Source: Pseudomonadales bacterium (lineage in GTDB: Bacteria > Patescibacteriota > Microgenomatia > UBA1400 > PJMF01). From it: DNA of 64,000 nucleotides. A model generated the notes under the pieces. That model had not been told where the DNA came from, searched no databases, and saw only the letters and a list, made by a program, of their open reading frames with translations. The DNA is taken from positions 93,602-157,601 of the forward strand of contig JACKFY010000001.1 in the NCBI GenBank assembly GCA_020632235.1, in the 5' to 3' direction. Both the position numbers and the translations under genes were made by a program. Below are positions 38,558 to 49,217 of this stretch, piece by piece. How positions within the stretch are numbered: the stretch's first letter is position 1; each line of letters opens with the position of its first letter.

Positions 38558-40357
38558 TTGAAAAGCACGCGAGGTACGGATATGTCACAGATTCAAACAG
38601 TTAAGGAAGCGAGTAACATTGTTGATGTTGTCTCGGAGCATGTTGTGCTCCAGAGATCAGGGTCATCTCTCAAAGGTCTGTGTCCATTTCACTCTGAAAA
38701 AACCCCATCTTTTTTTGTGAGCGAAGAACTACAGCGCTATAAATGCTTTGGCTGTCAAGAAACAGGCGATGTATTTACGTTCCTTGAAAAAATAGAAGGC
38801 CTGACGTTTTACGAGTCGCTCCAAAAACTAGCCGAGGCAGCAGGGATAGAGCTAGAGCCCACCGCTCGCACCAAGCAGGACGAAGACAGAGAAGCAGTGC
38901 TCACTATTTTAGAGCAAGCCAGAGCGTACTATCACTATGTGCTTACCTCTCACGAAAAAGGAGCTCTTGGGCGTGAGTACCTTACTAATCGAGGCATGAG
39001 CAGCCAGGTAATCAAACAATTTTCACTTGGATGTGTGCCTGCTGGTTGGAGTAATATCTATGACTACTTAGTCAAGAAAAAAAAGCATCCACCAAGACTG
39101 GTAGAAAAAGCAGGACTTATCATGAAAGGCAAGCGTGGTGGATACTACGACCGTTTTCGCTCTCGATTGATGTTCCCTCTTCGTGACCATCGGGGGCGGG
39201 TGGTGGGGTTTTCTGGCAGGTTGCTGGGGGACGACCAAACATCTGCCAAGTACATCAACACTCCCGAGACGCTGATGTATCACAAGTCGCAGTTGTTGTA
39301 TGGGTATTTTGAGTCGCTCAAAAGCATCCGAGAAAAAAAACAGATAGTGTTGGTAGAGGGTGAGTTTGATGTACTGTCCTCAGTGCAGGCGCATGTGAAC
39401 GAGGTAGCTGCTATTAAGGGCTCTAGTGTTACGGTTGAGCATGTTCGTTTGCTCAAACGCGTTGTGCGCAGTATTATTTTGGCGCTTGATACTGATGCAG
39501 CAGGAGTAACGGCCACCAAACGAGCCATTAGTGTAGTGCAGAGCCAAACAGGCATAACCGATGCTACTCCTCTTGATGTTCGTGTAGCAGTACTGCCACA
39601 TGGAAAAGATCCCGACGAGTTGATACACAGCTCTCCAAATCAGTGGAGGGAGACAATCAAGACCTCTGTCTCTGCCTATGAGTTTTTAATAGACACGGCG
39701 CTTGCCCAACATGAGTATACGACACCAGAGGGTGTGCGGGCAGTGATGATAGAGCTATCACCCGTGCTTTCGTTGGTTGCTCACGAAGTAGAGCGCTCAT
39801 ACTACATTCAGCAGTTAGCAGAAAAAATGGGTGTGTCAGAGCCAGCAGTGCGAGCTGATATCACTCGCTATCAACATGCCTCCACCACCCCACCACCACC
39901 TCCAGACACAGAGCACTCTCGCACGAACAGGTCTAGCTTGGAGCGCTATGCCTTTTTTCTTGCCTTCAGACAAAGCAACGTGCAAGACGCATTCGCGCAT
40001 CTGCGTCAGGCAGACATTGCAGATCGAGATCTGTCATCACTCCTCAAGGAGCTTTCTGGTAGTGCTACCACACTTGAAGAGCTGCAGCGTTCACTCAGTC
40101 AAGAAGACCAGTCACTACTTTTTTCTATTTACTCAGCGGATGAGTACGTGCCACTGCTTGAGTCTATCGATGTAGCCAAAGAATGGGCGATGGTGCAAAA
40201 GAAGCTACAGGTTGCATCGGTGACACGTCAGGCTGCCCAGATAGAGCATGAGATCAAGATGCTTGATGCAAAACAAAATCTCACCTCTGCAGAAGAGCAA
40301 CACAAAAACGAGCTGCTTGCCCAGCTGGTAGCGCTCAAGAGACAAACTCCTGCTTGA
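38558..40357 (+). CDS. dnaG: DNA primase
   Basis: CHC2 zinc finger (CPFHSEKTPSFFV...YKCFGCQETGDVFTF), TOPRIM (EGEFDVLS) and a C-terminal helicase-interaction region. Confidence 0.95.
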   Translation: MKSTRGTDMSQIQTVKEASNIVDVVSEHVVLQRSGSSLKGLCPFHSEKTPSFFVSEELQRYKCFGCQETGDVFTFLEKIEGLTFYESLQKLAEAAGIELEPTARTKQDEDREAVLTILEQARAYYHYVLTSHEKGALGREYLTNRGMSSQVIKQFSLGCVPAGWSNIYDYLVKKKKHPPRLVEKAGLIMKGKRGGYYDRFRSRLMFPLRDHRGRVVGFSGRLLGDDQTSAKYINTPETLMYHKSQLLYGYFESLKSIREKKQIVLVEGEFDVLSSVQAHVNEVAAIKGSSVTVEHVRLLKRVVRSIILALDTDAAGVTATKRAISVVQSQTGITDATPLDVRVAVLPHGKDPDELIHSSPNQWRETIKTSVSAYEFLIDTALAQHEYTTPEGVRAVMIELSPVLSLVAHEVERSYYIQQLAEKMGVSEPAVRADITRYQHASTTPPPPPDTEHSRTNRSSLERYAFFLAFRQSNVQDAFAHLRQADIADRDLSSLLKELSGSATTLEELQRSLSQEDQSLLFSIYSADEYVPLLESIDVAKEWAMVQKKLQVASVTRQAAQIEHEIKMLDAKQNLTSAEEQHKNELLAQLVALKRQTPA

Positions 40358-40384
40358 CATAGATACTATACCCCTGTAGGGTAT

Positions 40385-40624
40385 ATGTGTATGAATGACG
40401 ACTCGATTACGCTGCAGCTCAAGCGCATTAGAGGTCAGATTGACGGGATCATCACCATGTATGATGATGAGCGGGCATGCGTTGATATTGTTCGCCAAGT
40501 AGTAGCAGCACGCAACTCTCTTGGTCGAGTTGCCCGCGATCTCTTGACCACCGAGGCAGGTCGTTGTACAAAAGAGCAACAGATAGAAGACCTTGATGTA
40601 GTACTCAAAGAACTCTTTCGCTAG
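40385..40624 (+). CDS. CsoR/RcnR/FrmR-family (DUF156) metal-sensitive transcriptional repressor
   Basis: Contains LKRIRGQIDGIITMYDDERACVDIVRQVVAARNSLGRVARDLL, the DUF156 helix bundle with a conserved Cys. Confidence 0.7.
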   Translation: MCMNDDSITLQLKRIRGQIDGIITMYDDERACVDIVRQVVAARNSLGRVARDLLTTEAGRCTKEQQIEDLDVVLKELFR

Positions 40625-40680
40625 ATTTTTTTGAGCAACGTACTACAAAGTATGTATAAATAGTAAAAAAGAGGATTTTT

Positions 40681-41019
40681 ATGTCAGATACACACGGTGC
40701 AACACACCTAGACACCACTTCATTTCAGAGCACGCTCGATGAGGCTGGAAGTAAGCCAGTTTTTGTTGATTTCTTTGCCACTTGGTGTGGTCCCTGCAAG
40801 ATGGCAGCGCCGGTAGTTGACGAGTTGAGCAGTGAGTACCATGACACCGCTGTCATTGCTAAGGTTGATGTGGATGAAAACCAACCACTCGCTCAGCAGT
40901 ACGGGGTGATGAGTATTCCGACTGTAGTGATGTTTAAAGATGGAAAAGAAGTAGATAGAGTTGTTGGTTTTCCTGGAAAAGATGGATATAAAAAATTGAT
41001 TGATGCACATCTAGGGTAG
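40681..41019 (+). CDS. trxA: Thioredoxin
   Basis: WCGPCK active site. Confidence 0.9.
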   Translation: MSDTHGATHLDTTSFQSTLDEAGSKPVFVDFFATWCGPCKMAAPVVDELSSEYHDTAVIAKVDVDENQPLAQQYGVMSIPTVVMFKDGKEVDRVVGFPGKDGYKKLIDAHLG

Positions 41020-41025
41020 TACGCC

Positions 41026-42099
41026 ATGCAAACGAGCACACAGCACACAGCACTCGCCATTATTGGCTCTGGCCCTGCTGGCTGGGCAGCGAGTGTGTAT
41101 GCATCTCGTGCTCAGCTTTCACCTGTGACCTTTGAGGGTCATAAGAGTGGGGGCCAGCTGATGTGGACGACCGATGTCGAGAACTATCCTGGCTTTTCAA
41201 GCGGTATTGCTGGTCCTGACTTGATGATTGAGATGCGCACTCAGGCTCAAAAGTTTGGTACGCACATTGTTTCTGAGTTCGTCACGGCAGTTGATTTTTC
41301 TAGGCGGCCGTTCAAGCTCTGGACGCAGCTACCTCCCGAGATGATACTTGATGACCTTGAGCACGCCAGTTTGGAAAAAGCAGCCCAGGCAAAGGCGTTT
41401 ACTCAGTCGCTTGAACCCAGCTACACAGCAGACGCAGTGGTAATCGCTACAGGGGCTACCGCCGTTATGCTGGGTATTCCTGGTGAAACAGAGTTGTTGG
41501 GCAAAGGAGTCAGCACCTGCGCAGTGTGTGATGCGGCGTTCTACAAGGACAAACGAGTGTTTGTCGTTGGCGGTGGTGATAGCGCGATGGAAGACACGCT
41601 GGCCTTGACCAAGTTTGCAAAGTACATTACCGTTGTGCATCGTCGCGATGCATTCAAGGCTAGTAAAATTATGCAAGAGCGCGTACTTTCAAATGAAAAG
41701 GTAGATGTGTTGTGGAACTCTCAAGTAACCAAGATATCTGGTGAAGAGTCGGTTCGCTCCATCACTATTCAAACAGAAGACAAGACAGCAGATCATGAGG
41801 CAGACGGCGTGTTTATTGCTATCGGACATCGTCCGCAAACCAGCATTTTTCATGATGCCGTAACGCTTGATGATCATGGTTACGTGATCACCCGTCAGAG
41901 TCCTTCAAAGGTTGGAGTAGACCACGCCCAGAGTGCGTTGACGCAAGCAGGATTGGTAGCATTTCCCACCATGACGAGTGTAGAAGGGGTGTTTGCAGGC
42001 GGTGACAGCGTAGATTTGCGCTACCGGCAGGCTATTACCGCTGCAGCACAAGGTGCTATGGCTGCGCTTGATGCTGAGCGCTGGCTGGAGGGTCAGTAA
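41026..42099 (+). CDS. trxB: Thioredoxin-disulfide reductase
   Basis: FAD site GSGPAGWAA, redox-active CAVC and NADPH site GGGDSA. Confidence 0.9.
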   Translation: MQTSTQHTALAIIGSGPAGWAASVYASRAQLSPVTFEGHKSGGQLMWTTDVENYPGFSSGIAGPDLMIEMRTQAQKFGTHIVSEFVTAVDFSRRPFKLWTQLPPEMILDDLEHASLEKAAQAKAFTQSLEPSYTADAVVIATGATAVMLGIPGETELLGKGVSTCAVCDAAFYKDKRVFVVGGGDSAMEDTLALTKFAKYITVVHRRDAFKASKIMQERVLSNEKVDVLWNSQVTKISGEESVRSITIQTEDKTADHEADGVFIAIGHRPQTSIFHDAVTLDDHGYVITRQSPSKVGVDHAQSALTQAGLVAFPTMTSVEGVFAGGDSVDLRYRQAITAAAQGAMAALDAERWLEGQ

Positions 42100-42125
42100 G
42101 TAGTATAACCTTCAAGAAAGGGCAG

Positions 42126-43421
42126 ATGAGTAATCCACATCAAAATGCAGTAGCACAACTAGAGCAAGTTGCAGCGCTTTTGCGACCAGAGTATAGCGAT
42201 GCCGCTCGTTTTGATGCAGCTATCGAGCAGCTCAAAGAACCAGATAGGGTGATTGAGGGTATGATCTCGGTTGTGATGGATGATGGTAGCACCAAAGAGT
42301 TTCAAGCCTACCGCTCTCAGCACAACAACGCGCGCGGGCCGTACAAAGGTGGTATTCGGTTTCACCCTGATGTCACTAAAGACGAAGTCAAAGCTCTTTC
42401 TACCTGGATGACCTGGAAGTGCAGCGTGACGGACATTCCGTATGGTGGGGGGAAGGGTGGGGTGGTGGTTAACCCAACTGAGTTGAGTCCGGCAGAACTG
42501 CAGCGCTTGAGTCGAGCGTACGCGCGGTTTATCGCACCACACGTAGGGCCGTGGGTCGACATTCCTGCGCCCGATGTCAACACCACGCCGGAAATTATGG
42601 CGTGGATGGTGGATGAGTACGAGCAGGTTGCACGTGAGTGGAGTCAGCAGACAGGTATGACATTCCAAGAAAACCCTCGTGCTACCTTTACCGGCAAACC
42701 AGTTGTATTTGGTGGGTCACAGGGGCGTGGTGAAGCAACGGGCTTGGGCGGGGTGTACGTACTACAAGAGCTGGCTAAGGCTCTTGCACTCCACGACCCA
42801 AGTGAAGTCACCGTTGCTGTGCAGGGATTTGGCAACGTTGGTTATTGGTTTGCCTATCATGCTCACCAGCTGGGCTACAGAGTCGTTGCAGTTTCAGACT
42901 CGCGCGGCGGTATCTACGTGCCAGAAGGTCTTGACCCAGCTGCAGTGCTTGCGTGTAAGAAGAGTGGAAAGCCAATCAGCGAGTGTGATGTACCAGGAAG
43001 TACGATAGTAAGTAATAGTGACTTGCTCGAGCTCGATGTTGCGATCTTGGTGCCTTCAGCACTCGAGAATGTGATCACAAAAGAGAATGCCTCAAAGATC
43101 AAAGCGAAGGCTATCATCGAGATGGCCAATGGGCCGGTTATTCCCGAGGCAGACAGTATTTTAGAAGAGCGCGGGATAGTCTCTATCCCTGATGTTTTGG
43201 CCAACGCCGGTGGGGTGACCACCTCATACTTTGAGTGGGTGCAAAACCTGCAGGGTTACTACTGGACGCGAGATGAAGTTTTGGCAAAGCTACAGCCTCT
43301 TATGACCAGCTCATTTCAAACAATGTGGCAGATGAAAGAAAAACAAAATGTCTCGCCGCGCATGGCCACCTACTTGAGCGCAGTCAAAAAAGTGATAGAT
43401 GTCATGCTCCTTCGCTCCTGA
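42126..43421 (+). CDS. NAD(P)-specific glutamate dehydrogenase
   Basis: KGGIRFHPDVTKDEVKALSTWMTWKCSVTDIPYGGGKGG plus the GFGNVG dinucleotide fold. Confidence 0.9.
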   Translation: MSNPHQNAVAQLEQVAALLRPEYSDAARFDAAIEQLKEPDRVIEGMISVVMDDGSTKEFQAYRSQHNNARGPYKGGIRFHPDVTKDEVKALSTWMTWKCSVTDIPYGGGKGGVVVNPTELSPAELQRLSRAYARFIAPHVGPWVDIPAPDVNTTPEIMAWMVDEYEQVAREWSQQTGMTFQENPRATFTGKPVVFGGSQGRGEATGLGGVYVLQELAKALALHDPSEVTVAVQGFGNVGYWFAYHAHQLGYRVVAVSDSRGGIYVPEGLDPAAVLACKKSGKPISECDVPGSTIVSNSDLLELDVAILVPSALENVITKENASKIKAKAIIEMANGPVIPEADSILEERGIVSIPDVLANAGGVTTSYFEWVQNLQGYYWTRDEVLAKLQPLMTSSFQTMWQMKEKQNVSPRMATYLSAVKKVIDVMLLRS

Positions 43422-43427
43422 GACTTC

Positions 43428-44441
43428 TCAAGTGGTTGAGTACACGACACCTCTGGTTTTACCGTGTTTGGTGACCAAGTGGTTTTTAACCAGAGTGCTT
43501 ACATCATGACTAAGCGTTCGCTTGGGGATGGTGGGAAAGCGACGAGCAATGCTATCCATAGTGATGTGGGGGTGATCTTTGATGATGTAGTACAGCTCTT
43601 GACGCCGAGGCAGTAATGAGCTGATAGGGTCGTGTTGCGCCGTTGGTTGCACAGAGAGTGTGTCTAAAAGAGTATCGAGTGACCATGCTACAGCTTCAAG
43701 AAAAAAGGTGATATAGAGATCAAGGTTTCTGGTGTTTTTTTCTAGGTGGTGATAGTACTTTGACTTGTGTGTCTCAAAGTACTCTTCGATTGGGATGATG
43801 CAGTCCTGAAACTGAGGTACCTGGGACAGTTGGTACTGGAGCAGCACCCTGCCAGTGAGCCCATTTCCATCCAAAAATGGGTGAGTTTTTTCAAAGTAGT
43901 AGTGACACAACCCAATCAAGATCAGTTGTTGTTTCCACGTACGTGTTGGCTGGTTGTGTATCTGGGCGAGCAGCACAGTAAGCATACGTTTCATCTCGTC
44001 AGGATTTGGGGTGATGTAGACCACGTTTCCCCAATGGTCATAGATGGCTGACGCCTCAAAGCGCAGCGAACCTGCTTGGGGGTGGAGCTGATGCATGATG
44101 CCTTTGTGTATATCTTTGAGTGTTTCAAGGGTGGGTGGGAAGGGGAAGTTTGAGAGAGACCCTAGTGTTTTGAGTACGTTACTCACTTCGCGCTTACTGC
44201 GTTCTTGAGGGTTTTGGGGTAGGTGACGTGCTGATTGGAGGGTAAGTTGGTTGCCTTCAATCTTGGCTGAGAACAGCGAGCTTTTCAGGAGTGTCGTTTG
44301 AAAGGCAGTAGCTTTCTGTGTGTCACTGGTAGGTAGGCGAGAAAGTGTTTTGCACAGCACTTCTATGTTTTGTAGCAGCTGTGCATACTGCGTTTGATTG
44401 GGAGTGTGGGGAAATTGCAACATGTTGCTTAATACTGCCAA
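43428..44441 (-). CDS. Fic-family protein (AMPylator-like) with C-terminal winged helix
   Basis: Fic motif HPFLDGNGLTGR. Confidence 0.8.
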   Translation of the reverse strand: MAVLSNMLQFPHTPNQTQYAQLLQNIEVLCKTLSRLPTSDTQKATAFQTTLLKSSLFSAKIEGNQLTLQSARHLPQNPQERSKREVSNVLKTLGSLSNFPFPPTLETLKDIHKGIMHQLHPQAGSLRFEASAIYDHWGNVVYITPNPDEMKRMLTVLLAQIHNQPTRTWKQQLILIGLCHYYFEKTHPFLDGNGLTGRVLLQYQLSQVPQFQDCIIPIEEYFETHKSKYYHHLEKNTRNLDLYITFFLEAVAWSLDTLLDTLSVQPTAQHDPISSLLPRRQELYYIIKDHPHITMDSIARRFPTIPKRTLSHDVSTLVKNHLVTKHGKTRGVVYSTT

Positions 44442-44593
44442 ATATTACGCAATACTGCAAGAACTGATTTCTGGTACTTAAGTAGAGCACTTTGATACTT
44501 GCTCTTACTTGACATAACTGTATAATTATATAGATTGAAAATAGCGTTATCCTCTCTGTTTGTATAGTATGTAGTACTGCATGAAAGCTGGTT

Positions 44594-45697
44594 TTGTTTA
44601 TGTCAAATACGCCTCTTCCCAAAGCACTTCAAAATGATATTGATTCACTTCTGAAAAAAGCCAAAAAACAAGGCTACATTTCCCAAGAAGAGATCTTGGA
44701 GGTTTTTGTAGAGCCAGAAAACTATGTTGAGCGGCTTGACGAGTTATACAGCACGCTGTATGCCCAAAGCATTGATATCTTTGAGTCAGTCGAACAAGAA
44801 GCAAAAAGCGACACCGAAGACGAGCTTTCCCAAGAGATTGAGCTGTTGGCCTCATTTAAAAAATCTGGCGCATCAGACCCTGTTCGCATGTATTTGAAAG
44901 AAATTGGTAGGATAGATCTTCTCAACAGAGAGCAAGAGATACGTCTCGCACAGCGAGTTGAGGCTGGTGACCCCGAGGCAAAGCAACAGTTGATTGATGC
45001 GAACTTGCGCTTAGTTGTCTCGATTGCCAAGAAGTACATTGGTCGCGGTATGACCTTTCTTGACTTGATCCAAGAAGGAAACAAAGGTCTTATTCGAGCA
45101 GTCGAGAAGTTTGACTGGACAAAGGGTTTTAAGTTCTCAACCTATGCCACCTGGTGGATTCGCCAGGCCATCACTCGCTCAATTGCCGATCAAGCCCGCA
45201 CCATACGTATTCCGGTGCACATGGTGGAAACCATTAACAAGTTGATGCGTACCAGCCGCCGCATGATGCAAGACCTCGGGCGCGAGCCAACCCCAGAAGA
45301 ACTCGGTAAAGCACTCGAGATGGATCCTGACAAAGTACGTGAGATCTTCAAGATTTCACAAAATACGACGTCGCTTGAAACTCCTGTGGGTGATGGGGAT
45401 GATGAGAGTACTCTGGGTGATTTTATCGCTGATGATAGCCAAGTGAGCCCGTATGATGCGACCAGCCAGCAGATGCTGCGGGAAAATGTTGAAGAGGTTT
45501 TGGCTGCACTCTCTGACAGAGAAGCGCGCGTTTTGATGATGCGCTTTGGCCTGGGGGGAAACAAGACAATGACGCTAGAAGAGGTGGGTAAAAAGTTTGG
45601 TGTCACCCGCGAGCGCATTCGCCAGATTGAGGCAAAGGCGCTCAGGAAACTCAAGCACCCAAGTCGTCGCAAAAAACTACAAGACTTTTTGGAGTAA
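44594..45697 (+). CDS. rpoD: RNA polymerase sigma-70 factor
   Basis: Regions 1.2 to 4, including [18 protein letters not shown] and [27 protein letters not shown]. Confidence 0.95.
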   Translation: MFMSNTPLPKALQNDIDSLLKKAKKQGYISQEEILEVFVEPENYVERLDELYSTLYAQSIDIFESVEQEAKSDTEDELSQEIELLASFKKSGASDPVRMYLKEIGRIDLLNREQEIRLAQRVEAGDPEAKQQLIDANLRLVVSIAKKYIGRGMTFLDLIQEGNKGLIRAVEKFDWTKGFKFSTYATWWIRQAITRSIADQARTIRIPVHMVETINKLMRTSRRMMQDLGREPTPEELGKALEMDPDKVREIFKISQNTTSLETPVGDGDDESTLGDFIADDSQVSPYDATSQQMLRENVEEVLAALSDREARVLMMRFGLGGNKTMTLEEVGKKFGVTRERIRQIEAKALRKLKHPSRRKKLQDFLE

Positions 45698-45743
45698 CAA
45701 CCTAGTGACAGTTATTTCTTTTATGAGTACTATACAGTAATCT

Positions 45744-46211
45744 ATGAACAAGTGGCAAGCCTACATAGCAGCTGCATTTTTTATTGCTCTCACCGCCACG
45801 CTGGGTAGTCTGTTTTTCAGCGAGGTAATGCAGTTACCTCCTTGCGTGCTGTGTTGGTATCAGCGCATTGCGATGTATCCGCTGGTAGTTCTTTTGGGAG
45901 CAGCACTGGTATTTGAAGACAAAAGAATATATAGATATGCTCTTCCGCTCTCGGTCATTGGGGCGGTGATAGCGCTGTATCACAACTTACTGTACTACGG
46001 GGTTCTACCCGAGAGTGTCCAACCATGCATTGACGGGGTGTCATGTACGACCAAGTTTTTTGAGTGGTTTGGGTTTATCACCATTCCGTTTCTCTCGCTT
46101 GCATCGTTTGTGGCTATTAGCGTACTCCTTGTTATTTTGATGAAAAATGATCAAAAACAACCACTCAAACAACAGATATTACAATGTGTTAAAACATTGT
46201 TACACCAATAA
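45744..46211 (+). CDS. Disulfide bond formation protein B (DsbB/BdbC family)
   Basis: Four TM helices with CVLCWYQR and C...GVSC cysteine pairs. Confidence 0.7.
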   Translation: MNKWQAYIAAAFFIALTATLGSLFFSEVMQLPPCVLCWYQRIAMYPLVVLLGAALVFEDKRIYRYALPLSVIGAVIALYHNLLYYGVLPESVQPCIDGVSCTTKFFEWFGFITIPFLSLASFVAISVLLVILMKNDQKQPLKQQILQCVKTLLHQ

Positions 46212-46220
46212 ATACAACAG

Positions 46221-47057
46221 ATGGCTCAGTGGAATAAAGTTACCAGCAAAGGAAATGTAGAAGACAGACGGGGTATGACTCCTGCAGTTGTCGGTGGCGT
46301 TAGCCTCACGGGTATTGCCTTACTTTTTGTCTTTAATGCCTTGAGTGGCGGTACAACAGAAGACTTCTTGGGCGATGTGTTTCAAATGGTGCAAGAACAA
46401 CCCACCCAACAACAGGTAGCGACCAATGAGTATGATGGAGTAGATGCCTATGAACAGTTTGCAGTAGCGGTATTGGGGTCGGCTGATGCATTTTGGAGCA
46501 CTATGTTGGCCAGCGAAAGGAGTGAGTATGTTGAGCCAACGCTTATTTTATTTCGCCAGGCTACTACGTCAGCCTGTGGCACTGCTAGTTCGGCCGTAGG
46601 TCCACACTACTGTCCGCTTGACAATCACATCTATCTAGATGAAACCTTCTTTGAAGAGCTAACCAGGCGCTATGGCGCAGAGAGTGGTGATTTGGCCCAG
46701 GCTTACGTGATCGCTCACGAGGTAGGGCATCACGTGCAGAATATGCGGGGCACTCTTTCCCAACTACACAACACTCGTAGCACAGAAGAACAACAGCGCC
46801 TTTCGATTGCAACTGAGCTGCAGGCAGACTGTTATGCAGGGCTGTGGGCAGGATCTTTGAAAGATCAAGGGATTCTAGAGCGGGGAGACATACAAGAGGC
46901 CTTAAGCGCGGCTGCCGCAGTAGGAGACGACAAAATTCAAGAAACGGTTACTGGTCGAGTCAATCCGGAAAGTTGGACGCATGGCTCTTCAGAGCAGCGA
47001 GTAGAGTGGTTTATGAAGGGGTATGAGGGGGAATCGATGGAGGTGTGTGATTTTTAG
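46221..47057 (+). CDS. YpfJ-family neutral zinc metallopeptidase
   Basis: HEVGHHVQN zinc-binding motif and N-terminal TM. Confidence 0.75.
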   Translation: MAQWNKVTSKGNVEDRRGMTPAVVGGVSLTGIALLFVFNALSGGTTEDFLGDVFQMVQEQPTQQQVATNEYDGVDAYEQFAVAVLGSADAFWSTMLASERSEYVEPTLILFRQATTSACGTASSAVGPHYCPLDNHIYLDETFFEELTRRYGAESGDLAQAYVIAHEVGHHVQNMRGTLSQLHNTRSTEEQQRLSIATELQADCYAGLWAGSLKDQGILERGDIQEALSAAAAVGDDKIQETVTGRVNPESWTHGSSEQRVEWFMKGYEGESMEVCDF

Positions 47058-47485
47058 ATGAGCTTTGCTGCATATTGTTCTCGTGCAGCCGCAAACTGAC
47101 TGTGCGTGTTTTCTGGAATTTTGTCTAACGAAAACCAAGCCAACTGGTCAAACTTGTGCGGCTCGTTATTGTGTACCTGGGTTGGATCGACTAGCACTCT
47201 AAAATCAAGCGATACCCAGTGAGTTGACACTCCTTTTTGTTCTCGCAAAACATCTCGGTAGCCCAAAAATTCGTATGAAAGAGGGGTAACGTTGTATTCT
47301 TCTCTCAGTTCGGTCAAGAGCCGGTGTTTCACTGTTTCGCCAAACTCAAGGCTGCCACCACCATTGTCCCATTTTCCATGCTCGTCTCGGCAGTTGTTAC
47401 TTCTCAAAGCAAAAAGATATGTACCAGCGCCATCATGACAGAAGAATGACACAGTGACTTTAGGATAAGTAGCATTCTTGCTCAT
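47054..47485 (-). CDS. NUDIX hydrolase
   Basis: Nudix box GGGSLEFGETVKHRLLTELREEYNV. Confidence 0.75.
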   Translation of the reverse strand: MSKNATYPKVTVSFFCHDGAGTYLFALRSNNCRDEHGKWDNGGGSLEFGETVKHRLLTELREEYNVTPLSYEFLGYRDVLREQKGVSTHWVSLDFRVLVDPTQVHNNEPHKFDQLAWFSLDKIPENTHSQFAAAREQYAAKLI

Positions 47486-47850
47486 TTTTGTAGGTCTTCT
47501 ATGTTTTTGATGAGTGCCGAAAACATGTGGGCACTTTTTGTTGTATCTGCTTGGTCAGTTTGCTTTGTTTGTTCTGCGTCCAGCAGAACGTGTTGTAAGT
47601 GTTCTCTGGCAGCCATGAGGTCGTCTATCACCAACTGTTCTATTACGCGGTTTTTTGTTGTTTGGTTAGAGAGTGTGGTGATGAGTCCATCAAGGTGAAA
47701 TATACTCTTTCTCAACTCTGAAACATCATGTTGTGACAGCAAGCGCGTTGCTTGGAGGTGGGTAGTGAGGGCATGTATTTCCTTGATGGTTTTGGCAATA
47801 CTTGTAGTGTATGCTTGTTGTGTTGCCATGATGCCCAGTATAGCATGAGT
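47482..47850 (-). CDS. small helical hypothetical protein
   Basis: Track ORF 47482..48081. Only the part downstream of the internal Met (MATQQAYTT...) avoids overlap with the convergent cupin gene. Confidence 0.3.
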   Translation of the reverse strand, partial: THAILGIMATQQAYTTSIAKTIKEIHALTTHLQATRLLSQHDVSELRKSIFHLDGLITTLSNQTTKNRVIEQLVIDDLMAAREHLQHVLLDAEQTKQTDQADTTKSAHMFSALIKNIEDLQK

Positions 47851-47874
47851 AGTATTTGCTACAGAAAGAGCACG

Positions 47875-48261
47875 ATGCAGTTTTACATCTCCAATATAGA
47901 AAAAAACACCAAAGAAAATGATGCATTTCGTAGGGTTGTTGCTACGGGGCAGCATGCCCAGGTAGTGTTGATGGCGATTCCTCCTGGAGGCGAGATAGGC
48001 CAGGAAGTGCATGAAATTACCGACCAGTTTTTTCGTGTGGAGGGGGGTGAAGGCACAGTAATTGTGGACGGGCAAGAACATGCCATCTCTGATGGATCTG
48101 CGTTTTTAGTTGAAGCAGGTATGCAACACAACGTTATCAATACTTCCCCAAACACAACATTGCGGTTGTACACTATCTATGCGCCTCCGCATCATACAAA
48201 AGGTGTTGTTCATGCTACAAAGGCAGAGGCCAATGCAGATACCGATGATCACATCGGGTAA
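47875..48261 (+). CDS. Cupin-domain protein
   Basis: Cupin_2 motifs (PPGGEIGQEVHE...G..H...N). The start is moved to the ATG at 47875 (MQFYISN). Confidence 0.65.
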   Translation: MQFYISNIEKNTKENDAFRRVVATGQHAQVVLMAIPPGGEIGQEVHEITDQFFRVEGGEGTVIVDGQEHAISDGSAFLVEAGMQHNVINTSPNTTLRLYTIYAPPHHTKGVVHATKAEANADTDDHIG

Positions 48262-48262
48262 T

Positions 48263-49156
48263 TTACTCAAACAGCAGAACGGTAGGCACTGGCGTCAAGC
48301 TATCGATCTGCTCTGTGTACTCTGGCAGATTAATAGAGATACCACTAGAACCTCCGCCATCTAAGTTGAGCACCTCTACAACTTCAATATCGCTTTCGTG
48401 TATAGCTTTTGTTAGCTCAGATAGCGAGATGTTGGGTTCGTTAGCCAGAAAAAGGTAAACATTACCTACTGCATCTGTGCCAATTGCCGTTCGGCGGGCG
48501 GTTTTATCAGTGGTGTTGTCGCTCAGTACGATCTCTCCATCAGAGATAAGTAAGGGATAGCTTTGTAGCACCGTGTCAAAGCTCTCGCTCGTAGTGGGTG
48601 GGTGGGTGGTGAGATTGCGAATGGTGAGGGCAGCATTGTTGAGAACAACAAGGCCGGTGCCCTCTGGTACAATGCGGTGCGAGTCAAGCCTTGTCCCATC
48701 TATGTAGAATAGGCCAACAGGCTCATTATCTTCTTTGAAAAACCCTGCGTTGATGACAAGAGCGTTGTCTTGCTGCCACTCAGAGATAAATTTGCCTTGT
48801 TGGTCAAATAGAAGGGTTGGTTTTAAAATGGAAGTATCAAGCTTATACACCTCAATATAGCTTGTTCTACTACCCACCTGGTACGAGATGTGCTGTAGGT
48901 CGAGGCCAGCATCCAGAGACGTCCATGCATCAAGTGACAGAGTAGGCGAGGGCGATGGGCCACCTGTAATCAATTGTTTGAGGCTACTTGAGGCGTTGCT
49001 TTGAAGGTCAGATGACTCTCCGCTATGCGGTACAACCAGCCACCAACCAACCACGCAGCTACAGACAAGCACTATAAGAAGTATTTTTTTCATAGCACGC
49101 CGTTCATTGTACCTGATTTTTGGGTAGAGCAAAAACTTTAGGTGAAAATCATGCAC
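48263..49156 (-). CDS. Phosphodiester glycosidase family protein (DUF2233/NAGPA-like), secreted
   Basis: ALVINAGFF...GLFYIDG...NLDGGGSSG, with signal anchor. Confidence 0.65.
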   Translation of the reverse strand: MHDFHLKFLLYPKIRYNERRAMKKILLIVLVCSCVVGWWLVVPHSGESSDLQSNASSSLKQLITGGPSPSPTLSLDAWTSLDAGLDLQHISYQVGSRTSYIEVYKLDTSILKPTLLFDQQGKFISEWQQDNALVINAGFFKEDNEPVGLFYIDGTRLDSHRIVPEGTGLVVLNNAALTIRNLTTHPPTTSESFDTVLQSYPLLISDGEIVLSDNTTDKTARRTAIGTDAVGNVYLFLANEPNISLSELTKAIHESDIEVVEVLNLDGGGSSGISINLPEYTEQIDSLTPVPTVLLFE

Positions 49157-49217
49157 CGTTGTTCTATACTTCGGGAGTTAGCTTTGGGGTAGTAGATACG
49201 ACAGACTGAAAGAACCC

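Noticed and set aside
44497-44530. Apparent sigma-70 promoter (TTGACA ... TATAAT) upstream of rpoD
   Set aside because: The spacer between the hexamers is only about 6 nt. Other -10 candidates are weak. Not reported as a feature.
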